The notes beneath the pieces were generated by a model, which did not search any database, was not told the DNA's origin, and worked only from the letters and a program-made list of their open reading frames with translations. 10,325 bases of DNA from Azolla caroliniana (lineage: Eukaryota; Plantae; Polypodiophyta). The stretch spans positions 1 to 10,325 of the forward strand of contig JBHGNT010001282.1 in assembly GCA_043228905.1 (NCBI GenBank), in the 5' to 3' direction. Positions 1-7,945 of this stretch are shown in pieces. Each line of letters starts with the position of its first letter. The first letter of the stretch is position 1. The position numbers were made by a program, and so were the translations under genes.

Positions 1-719
1 AAATTGTTGATCAGCTTGCTCGGCTCGATCATTGTAGGCATCGTCCTCCACGATTGTGGATTCTCCACATCAGTCTCCTCTAACCATTGTCGATGCTTAT
101 CAAGACGGCTACAAGTCTTCTTCACCGCCGCCCAATCCGCTACCAAGCCATTTGGTTGCATTTCAACCTCCAAAAGGCTGCCCAATTCTCGCCGTTCTTT
201 CATATCCACCACCTTCAAGAACAGCAGGACTTTATCTCTTTCGAGAACTCGTTGATCCGCACTCAGAAGTCAGTTGTACTTTTGGTCAAATTCCGCATAT
301 ACTCCTGCCGCACACAGATTATTCCCTTTCTTCTCGATCCAAATCATTAGTGTATGTCGAGTCATCCTTGACGCATCTTCAAGCATGTATTCAGCAAGAA
401 CCACATTTTCGAACTCTGCCCAAGTTGTGTGCTCGTTTTAGATCTCCATTATGCGCTCACAGATCCCTGGTTCCACCACACGTTTAAAGCTAGAAATTTG
501 TTTGAGATCATTGACATCCCTCTGCTACATCTCGTTTAGATAGGTAGCAAGCAGATCTGTGATATTCTTGCCACCAAACCATCCAACTATCTCCACCGTT
601 CAATCAACATCTTTGTCGATTAAAGCCTCCCGATCTCTCACCTTCAGCATGTATTCCACGACGAACACCATGCCTTTCGTTAATTCCTCTCCTTGAGTTC
701 CGCTTGTCGAAGCCATCAT
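1..719 (-). pseudogene. gag: Retrotransposon gag (capsid-like), disabled by nonsense mutations
   Basis: One frame from ATG 719: MMASTSGTQGEELTKGMVFVVEYMLKVRDREALIDKDVD*TVEIVGWFGGKNITDLLATYLNEM*QRDVNDLKQISSFKRVVEPGICERIMEI*NEHTTWAEFENVVLAEYMLEDASRMTRHTLMIWIEKKGNNLCAAGVYAEFDQKYN*LLSADQRVLERDKVLLFLKVVDMKERRELG... It carries gag-type motifs (F.G.NIT..L, TW.EF...L..Y, VY.EF, K.LLFL). Stops at 600-602, 525-527, 438-440 and 270-272 are each explainable by one C->T change; no frameshift. Confidence 0.8.
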
Positions 720-747
720 CGCACTTGATATCCTCCTACCGCCTTGT

Positions 748-765
748 TTCACGTCGGGTTCACCA
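748..765 (-). other. Primer-binding site complementary to the 3' 18 nt of cytosolic tRNA-Trp
   Basis: Minus strand TGGTGAACCCGACGTGAA. The plus strand TTCACGTCGGGTTCACCA matches the 3' end of plant tRNA-Trp(CCA) as I recall it, including CCA. It lies 4 nt inside the LTR terminal CA. Confidence 0.85.
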
Positions 766-769
766 ACGA

Positions 770-1037
770 TGTTGCGAAAATACGACGAGTGTCGTGAACT
801 TGAGGTAGGACCCCGGGTCCTCCGACCAAAGGATATGAGATTCATCTGTTTATACTTTTAACAATTAATGGAAATGAGAAATATTGTAATTTTCTTTTCC
901 TTGGCTAATGAAAAATTACAATATTTTCTCATTTCCATTAATTGTTAAAAGTATAAACGCATGAATCTCATATCCTTTGGTCGGAAGCCCTGGGGTCCTA
1001 CCTCAAGTTCACGTATCCTCGTCGTATTTTCACCACA
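770..1037 (-). repeat. 5' LTR of the gypsy element, forming a near-perfect palindrome (arms 770-894 and 910-1037, 15-nt spacer)
   Basis: Minus strand begins TGTGGTGAAAATACGACGAG and ends CTCGTCGTATTTTCGCAACA. Manual alignment of the left arm to the reverse complement of the right arm gives about 9 mismatches and 3 single-nt gaps over about 128 columns (about 91%). Confidence 0.9.
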
Positions 1038-1167
1038 ATGCTCTAACTCACTACGTTCCACACGCTATGCAATTTCCTGCCCTGTACCACGATCACCTTG
1101 ATACGTACCCCGAAGGACTGAGGGTAGGCCATGTTCCTAACCGGCAACACTTGGTTGCTTAACATGA

Positions 1168-1800
1168 GAACAAGTGACTGAAGAGTATTCGATTACATCT
1201 TCATACAAGGAGTTATCGGAAAATTTTATTGCTTTTAAGGATTGGGTTAGTATTACATATTTGAAATTTTCCATTCTAGTTTATTACATATGTGAACAAT
1301 GTATGAGTTACTTCTTTTGTTGTTTCACATAGAAACCATGTCATAGCAAGAAGCCTGGAGAAGTCAAAGACAAACATGATTTTCCAACTTCCTTTCTTGC
1401 CCATCTTGAAAGAGCACAGAAACAAAACAATCGGTGCTTAATGAAGGCATTCGATGTGGACGATTACGGAACTTTCAAGAAGTTTAGCCACAAAAATGAT
1501 ATCACCCAAGAATTGTATTATAATGTGTACTATGGTGATGTGCCGAAGATGATCCAGAAGTTGCCAAACAAGCAGTACACGTTACTCATTGTGGATATTC
1601 CATACGATTTATATATGGTCGGATCTTCTTATGATGATTAACCATTTAGGTTCAAACAATTGGAGAAAATGGTGAAGGATTTCGCAAAAGTTGACCAAAA
1701 CGAGCTTGTGGAGAATAGTGGTCTTTCATAGCATGGACCAAAGATATTCTATGGCTCAAACGTTGAGATCTCGTTGTCATGGTGTAGAGAACCTTGTTTG
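1168..1800 (+). pseudogene. Decayed spliced gene fragment resembling a beta-class N6-adenine/N4-cytosine DNA methyltransferase (N6_N4_Mtase-like N-terminal half)
   Basis: Exon ~1168-1245 (EQVTEEYSITSSYKELSENFIAFKDW), phase-0 intron 1246-1332 (GTTAGT...TTTTGTTGTTTCACATAG), exon 1333-1800 ending TG|GTAAG. Translation: KPCHSKKPGEVKDKHDFPTSFLAHLERAQKQNNRCLMKAFDVDDYGTFKKFSHKNDITQELYYNVYYGDVPKMIQKLPNKQYTLLIVDIPYDLYMVGSSYDD*PFRFKQLEKMVKDFAK/(+1 frameshift near 1690)LTKTSLWRIVVFHSMDQRYSMAQTLRSRCHGVENLVW. This parallels the consensus I.GD...L..LP..S.DLIVTDPPY ... helix ... G.IYVFH ... N.IIW. DIPY is at 1594-1605. Confidence 0.6.
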
Positions 1801-2439
1801 GTAAGCCTTACTTTTGGGTGTGACCATAATGAGTCTCCAAGTGTATCCACTATATGATACATGTGTATGGATGTCCTCATTCATGTGTGTGTATTGGGAA
1901 AACTCTAGATGATATTTCACATGGACTTTATGTCCATAGTGTCCATATGTTTGATTTTCTTCTTTCTTACTAACATTAGAGTAAGGTATTATATCGGGCC
2001 GCATTCACTAAGTATTAGAGTGCATAATGCATAATCACTAACTATAGCTATCAAATGTTGTATACACCATGTTCGTAACCTGTAATTTAATTACATTTTA
2101 TGTCTAGAGGTCATGATTTTCTCAATATTTCAACCAACTTTGCAAATTACATAATATAGCATTTAAATTGAATAAGCAATTGTCATATTCTTAATTTTAA
2201 ATAAATTTTGTATTCAGAGATCATCAACTTTATAAATATTCAAAGAATACATGTTTTTTACTTTAAAACTTGTTAACTATTAATAATTTAGCAAATTCTA
2301 TATGGGTTGACGAACATGTGATACTAATGTAACAAGTTTCTATATATTGCATAAATTTGCAAAATTATAAAAAGAATCTAAAAATGGAATGCACTATCCT
2401 TCCACTTCTGAACGCGAACGTGTTAATTATAGGATCATG

Positions 2440-4040
2440 TTATGACATTGAGAGCATGTCAAAACCTTTATGAACTCTTTCAATGGGTCTCTCTATTTGA
2501 GGGACGTATGACTCCACAAGGTCATCTAACTCTTTTAAACAAAACCCTAAGTCCTAGAGAAATTCCATCAAGGCTCTTGTCAAGATTACAATCAATTTTT
2601 AGAGTCACGCGTGATCGTGTGGAAGTTGATGATGTATTTGTAAACCCACCAGTTGTAGGTTTCAGCCCATGCTAGAAGTCAAGCTGGTTACGACGTTTGG
2701 TACATCTCTAGTATGTCCTAACAAAATAAAGCAAGATAATCAAGAAACTATGGACTAAAATATGGCTAATGTTTCTTGACATACAAACCTTTCAAGACCC
2801 TCCATCTTGTCAAGTCAGTCTAGTTGGATCTTTCAATCAAACCTTATTGCATTATTTGCAACATGATAACAATGTAGGAAGTGCCCTTGACGGTGCCTAT
2901 ACGTGTTCTTGGTTTTGGTGATGGTTTTGGTGATGGTGGTTGTACATGAGTTGTCCTCCTAGTTTGTGTTTGCAATGGCATTAGAGAAGCACTTACGGAG
3001 GTCATCATACTCGAGCGTTTGTAAGAGAGCCAAGTGTGATATTATATCCTCATCTGTATACCCCGATACCATCGTGCAACTATATGGAGAATATAAGTGT
3101 TGGGATGGTTGATGGTAATTTCTCCAACATAAGTTCCATAATACCTAAAACACGTACATAAACAATTCTAGTATGTATGTGTGTGCATGAATGATTGATT
3201 GTAGGAATGAATGTGTGCATCAATTTATGTATGCTATATGTGTGTGACTGAATGTGTATGTATGAATGAGAATCTTGTGTATAAATGTTAGTTTGAATAT
3301 ATTTATGCTAGTTTATAATTGAATTGTTAAACGTAAGGTATCTATGTGTACGAGTGTATAAATGTACGTGCATGAATGTGTTCATTAATAAATTATTATA
3401 TGGATGTTTGTATATGATTGTGGTAATGAGTACATATATATGAAATCATAAATAGCCTGAATAATGTGCATGTGTCCATTACCATACACACTTACATTAC
3501 AATTTAACAATGAAGTCCCAAGTACCTTTGAGATATTGGATATATTTTTCTCGTGAATTAGAATGCTTGATGATAATATAAAAGGAAAGAAGGTGGTCAA
3601 TACAATGGTCCATGCATTGGGACATGAAGATTATAACAAGGGTGTAAGTGTGGTGTAGAACAACTTCGCATCATTTGATCGTGAAGTGCCCAATGATAAG
3701 GCTAAAGATAAGAACATGTGTGAAAACGAGATCCCTTGGAATAGTTTGGACAATGCCGTGACATAAATCTCCAAGGCTTCAAGCCTAGCCTACACTACAT
3801 TGGAAAATATGAGAGGACCATTGGCATTGTGCAACAATATGCACCTTAGAAGCTTTGAGTTGGAGCACTACTATACCCGGTAATGGAAATAAGAAGGTTG
3901 AAGGTTGTCTAGATGATGGCATGAATGTCCTCTCCAAAACTTCATCCCCAAGCTTCACTATACTTTGTAACTTTATGAAGCAATGAAGTTATATGGGAAC
4001 AAAGAATATGTAAAGGCCAAATTTGAGAAGTCATTTGCCA
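2440..4040 (-). pseudogene. Decayed multi-exon gene of unknown function, convergent with the methyltransferase-like fragment
   Basis: Putative minus-strand introns 3145-3495 (GTAAGT...GTGTTTTAG, phase 0) and 2718-2788 (GTTTGT...TTTTGTTAG, phase 2) join one reading frame: ...ARLEALEIYVTALSKLF...LLNCN|VLWNLCWRNYHQPSQHLYSPYSCTMVSGYTDEDIISHLALLQTLEYDDLRKCF...LDKMEGLER|TY*RC...(frameshift)ELDDLVESYVPQIERPIERVHKGFDMLSMS* (TAA 2440-2442). It has several stops and frameshifts, no recognised domain, and an approximate upstream boundary. Confidence 0.35.
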
Positions 4041-5116
4041 TATAGAAACATTTAATACATGCATAAAATCATAAACATACATACAATTGTACTTTGTACA
4101 TATATAAACATACAATCATTAATTTATACAAATGCATACATTCATTCATTTACACATGCATATAACAATCACACACGCACATTTTTTACAATCATTTGCA
4201 TACAATCATAGAAATATAAATGCATTAATTTATATACATATAAACATTGGCATAAGCTCTTCATCATTGCGACTTGTCATTTTATTTCCATTTGACATTC
4301 CTCACCATCTAGTTCTATATGTAGCTCAAATTTTAATGGTAACTACTAACGGAGGAGTAATAGGAACACTTCAAGAAAAGGAAATGAAGAACTATAAATA
4401 AAAGGGGTTGTACTCCCCTAAACTATATTACGGATAATGTTGCTTTCCATTACTTTATGAATGATAGATTAAGTAGAGTAGGCCTTTGACATTTATCTCA
4501 TTATACTGCAAATTACATTTTGCTTGATTTATACTTCATTTTCCATATATTTTAAGTAGAGTAATGCAAATATGGTCAAAACGATAGATGATGAAAAAAA
4601 AAACCATAAAAAATGTGGAAAAAAAACCTAATCCAAATTATGTTATTTAGATTTCGTAGATTAGACAAATAAAATTGCATATTGTATGTTATGTTGTTAT
4701 TGAAGTTATGGAAAAAGGATGGATCATGGGAGACGATACAATACCCCCCCAAAAAGAACAAAAAAATACGAAGAATATGCTGGGTAGGAATCTCCTCAAG
4801 GTCAACACAGATACAGAGGGTAGTGCGCACAGATGATGTTCAAAAGAATTCCTCTCTACATAATTTCCTGAAAAAGAGGTTTGAATATAATGAGTCTGTG
4901 CAGATTAAATTTTTCAATGAGTTGAATGGCGATTGAGCAGTGCATGATCTGTGGGTCTCCCCTTTAGATGACCTTACGAACGAGGAGAGCTCAATCAGAA
5001 TCTCCTGGTTCTAGCAGCGACACATCAATCCATCCTTACAGCGAAGGATTGACCAAAATGCATGATTCTCTGCAGATGATCCTCTCTGAGCAATAGACCA
5101 TGACTTGCTCATTCTG

Positions 5117-5167
<51 letters not shown>
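5117..5167. repeat. (TACATA)8 microsatellite
   Basis: Eight perfect TACATA units at 5117-5164 plus TAC, followed by degenerate TA/CA-rich sequence to about 5225. Confidence 0.95.
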
Positions 5168-5221
5168 TACATATACATGATATATATTATGTATATGTGT
5201 ATGTATACATACATTATTACA

Positions 5222-5248
5222 TATATAAACCCCTCTCTCTCTCTCTCT
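5222..5248 (+). promoter_or_regulatory. Probable core promoter of the GLR gene: TATA box and (CT)8 Y-patch
   Basis: TATATAAA at 5222-5229 is followed by (CT)8 at 5233-5248 and a pyrimidine-rich leader, about 90 nt upstream of ATG 5319. This is a typical plant core-promoter layout. Confidence 0.55.
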
Positions 5249-5318
5249 CCCTCGTCCCTTCCACCCCCTCAGTTCACACTTGGCCACCCGTTGGGGCCGT
5301 CATTCTCATCCCCCGACC

Positions 5319-5645
5319 ATGTATGCTCCAATGGGCCTCATCACGGCTCTCCTAGTGCTTGCCATCTTCTTCTCCCCTGAATTTCCGACTGCGCACGCGA
5401 CCAATTCCTCCAACTTGAAGATCCTTGTTCCTCTCAAACTTGGATTCGAGGAGTTTGTGAGTTGGCAATCGTCTGAGATACCGGTCACGCCCAACTCCGT
5501 CGTCAATTTCTCCGGCTTCGCCATCAATGTGTTTCAAGAATGCGTTGAGAAGCTTAATTATCGTATTAATTACACATTAATTGGCTATGGAGATGGCCTT
5601 GTAGACCCAACCTATAATGACCTTGTGCAAAAGCTTGTCTCTAAG
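5319..5645 (+). CDS. GLR: Glutamate receptor-like (GLR/iGluR-family) ion channel, exon 1: signal peptide + start of S1 ligand-binding segment
   Basis: ACCATG at 5319 starts MYAPMGLITALLVLAIFFSPEFPTAHA|TNSSNLKILVPLKLGFEEFVSW...FSGFAINVFQECVEKLNYRINYTLIGYGDGLVDPTYNDLVQKLVSK. This matches plant GLR S1 motifs (LRIGVP.K.GF.EFV; GFCIDVF; P.Y.DLV). 109 codons, ending AAG|GTATTA (phase 0). Confidence 0.9.
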
Positions 5646-6686
5646 GTATTACATTAGCTATACCTAATTTTTTTTTGTTTTTGTTGTAGTAATGACACTT
5701 AATTTTCGTAAAAATCAATCGCTTAAGGTTAATCATTTATGATAAATGGACCTCGATAATGTGTTTATATCTATGTTAGCAAGAATTTCTACGTGCACAT
5801 TAATGATAGAAAAGACATAAGGGATTGTGGCAATCCTCAAGTAGGATGTCATGGCTAGACAGGGAGAAACTAATATCTAAGTCCATAAAATACCTCGAGA
5901 TTATATGTAACAAATTACTAAGATTGTCCTAATATCATACCCCTTACCATGGAATCTCGTTCAAAGATTGACATAGGCACTAACAAATTGTTGATAATTC
6001 CATCTATAATTGAGGGTTTGATCCAGTGGACAAGAGTTTGAACTCCAATACATATGAGTGTTTTAAAAGTAATTTTTAGCATCGCTAAAATTATTTTGAC
6101 ATTCCATGATATACTATTCAAGCATCGGTTGGCCAAGGTAATGTTTTCTAGTTATTCTTGTAAGATCTATTTGATTAATTGTGCAAGATCTATATTTCTT
6201 AGCGCCAAATAAGTCAAATATGAGAGGCTTATTCGGTGAATAATTGGTTTTGTTGTATTGTATGGAAAAGCTACTCTCAAGAGAGTACGATGTGCTCACT
6301 TCGAAGAGATAAAGTAACTTTGTTAGTAATCCTTGTGTAGAATGGTCCAAGGAATAGTTTGAGCAAATTTAATACCAAAGATTGAAATTTTTACTCAAAG
6401 AAATACATGTGCAATCAAGTACAAGTGTATGGAGTAAGAGCCAAAAATGTATGCAGTAGAATCGCTTCGTATGGAGAGGGAGTTGTCCGATTTTGACATA
6501 CGGAAGCCTATTTGATGAAGATATTGCGTTATCTTTGAATGCCAAGCACACGGTGCTTTGAATTTCCACTGCTTGATAATGATATTTACATAGCATACAA
6601 CAAGTTGGATTAATAAGGTTTTAATTAATTCTGTGCTCCAGTAATACGTTCGTATTGGTTTTCACTATATGCATGCATGGTCATAG
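5646..6686 (+). other. GLR intron 1 (1041 nt, GT-AG, phase 0)
   Basis: Donor AAG|GTATTA at 5646 and acceptor TCATAG|GAC at 6685-6686 join VSK|DVDGVVADL in frame. Angiosperm GLRs have an intron at the equivalent position, just before xFDAVVGD. Confidence 0.85.
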
Positions 6687-6970
6687 GACGTAGATGGAGT
6701 AGTTGCTGATTTGACGATCACTAGTGACCGGTTACAGTTAGTAGACTTTACCCAGCCATATATAGGATCAAGTCTTCAAATGATCGCGCCACTTCAATCT
6801 AGGAGTAATATTTCATTCTGGACATTCATTTCCCCTTTCTCTTGGCAACTTTGGATAACCATTGGAGCATTATTTATTGTCACAATGTCTTTGATCTTCT
6901 TCGTGGAATGGTGTGGCCGAGCTGATGAACACGATGGAGGTTGGGGAAAGGCCTTCTCAAAATCGTTTTG
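6687..6970 (+). CDS. GLR: GLR exon 2: end of S1, M1 transmembrane helix, start of the M2 pore region
   Basis: DVDGVVADLTITSDRLQLVDFTQPYIGSSLQMIAPLQSRSNISFWTFISPFSWQLWITIGALFIVTMSLIFFVEWCGRADEHDGGWGKAFSKSFW carries the hallmark D.TI...R...VDFTQPY and W.F..PF...LW motifs. It ends TG|GTAAG (phase 2, split Trp), the conserved plant GLR intron site. Later exons are not in the window. Confidence 0.93.
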
Positions 6971-7252
6971 GTAAGAACTCATGATCACCTCATATCATAT
7001 TGTTTGTATCAAACTAGATTTTTCAACACCTCATATTAGTGTGTAATTTAAACGCACACAACATATGAATGCGAATATTTAATTGTATATATTGATAATA
7101 AATATGTTAAATTCGAGTCATAATATGGCATTGATGGCAATTGACAAGGTGCGGAACAACTTTCAATAGCAGGTACTATGATATTGACAAGGGATACAAG
7201 ACTCTCTTAGGTGGAGGGTTTGTCGAGGTAGTGTTTATAGCAAAAAGAAGAC

Positions 7253-7430
7253 AACCCAAACTTGAAGATAGATGTCTAGGGTTTACGGTTTAGGAACATG
7301 GAATTGGACGAGGTCCGGGCTGGGAGTACATGTGTAATATCGCGCTTTATATCAAAATGAAGTTAACCCAAACCCAAAGATAGATGTCTAGGTTTCTCAA
7401 GTAACCCTCACCTAATAGGGTTTAGGGTTT
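7253..7430. repeat. Short imperfect direct repeat plus telomere-like/telo-box motifs
   Basis: AACCCAAACTTGAAGATAGATGTCTAGGGTTT (7253-7284) and AACCCAAACCCAAAGATAGATGTCTAGGTTT (7365-7395) share the exact 16-mer AAGATAGATGTCTAGG. TAGGGTTTAGGGTTT lies at 7416-7430. Confidence 0.7.
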
Positions 7431-7945
7431 CATAGTAACTGCTACCCAATTGCTCTAGATTGTTTTCCAGGAGCTATTTAGACAACAATCTTACGATTGA
7501 TTGCTAGCCATAGTTGGTTGGGAGATTAGTTACAAGCATAAACTGAAAGACATGAAGGGGATAGATATCATGAGGAATGTAGGAAGACAATGTGTTGTTG
7601 AAGAAGAGAAAAATCTAGAGACGTGAACCATGGGTAGAGTTCATCATAACAATAAATATATTAGGAAAATAAATATATCAAGCAGCTAAAATTACAAGTT
7701 AGTTACCTTCGACGGAGAGTTACTTGGGTGTTGAAGGACTATAGACTATGCCCTCACTAGTGTGCATTATATAATTGAGTACCTAACTAACATACTACGC
7801 CTTGCCTCATCTCATCTTTCAAGATCCTTGTCCCGTTAGGAGCATCTACCGTTCAACAAAGCTTTTGCTTGAGTAAATGACAATAGAATAGTATGCTTGC
7901 CCAAATCTTCAACTACAAACGTGTTGGTCTTCGATTACTGAGATT

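Larger units (their letters stand above)
1..1037 (-). mobile_element. 5' portion of a decayed Ty3/gypsy LTR retrotransposon (5' LTR + PBS + gag); continues beyond the left edge; possibly the moss Phygy lineage
   Basis: On the minus strand the order is TG..CA LTR (1037->770), 4-nt spacer, tRNA-Trp PBS (765->748), then ATG at 719 opening a gag-like frame that runs to the window edge. The lineage guess rests on my recollection that Phygy elements use tRNA-Trp. Confidence 0.9.

Noticed and set aside
4-487. Three overlapping plus-strand ORFs (83, 143 and 87 aa)
   Set aside because: They are antisense shadows of the minus-strand gag and have no recognisable motifs.
720-845. N-terminal extension of gag from ATG 845 (ORF 600..845)
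   Set aside because: It lies in the LTR and PBS; the MM at 719/716 downstream of the PBS is the more plausible start.
770-1037. MIRNA precursor or stand-alone MITE
   Set aside because: TG..CA termini, a PBS 4 nt away and gag immediately downstream identify it as an LTR.
1960-1995. Possible next MTase exon after CTAAC...ATTAG
   Set aside because: Splicing there gives TG+A (stop), and I see no W-x-K continuation or FxGxG motif downstream.
4402-4418. AGGGG..CCCCT hairpin as a Helitron 3' terminus
   Set aside because: The stem is only 5 bp and there is no correctly spaced CTRR on either strand.
5280-5318. TTG start for GLR given in the ORF track
   Set aside because: This is a eukaryotic gene; the first ATG (ACCATG, 5319) directly precedes the signal peptide.
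5036-5380. ORFs with YIYIYI / VYVYVY repeats
   Set aside because: These are translation artefacts of the TACATA and CT microsatellites.
5918-6596. Minus-strand ORFs inside GLR intron 1 as a nested gene or displaced ATD
   Set aside because: They are short, in inconsistent frames and show no recognisable motif or ATD similarity. An old repeat remnant cannot be excluded.
7818-7845. FKILVPL resembling the GLR exon-1 LKILVPL (AAGATCCTTGT shared)
   Set aside because: The match is only 11 nt and similarity does not extend on either side; probably chance.
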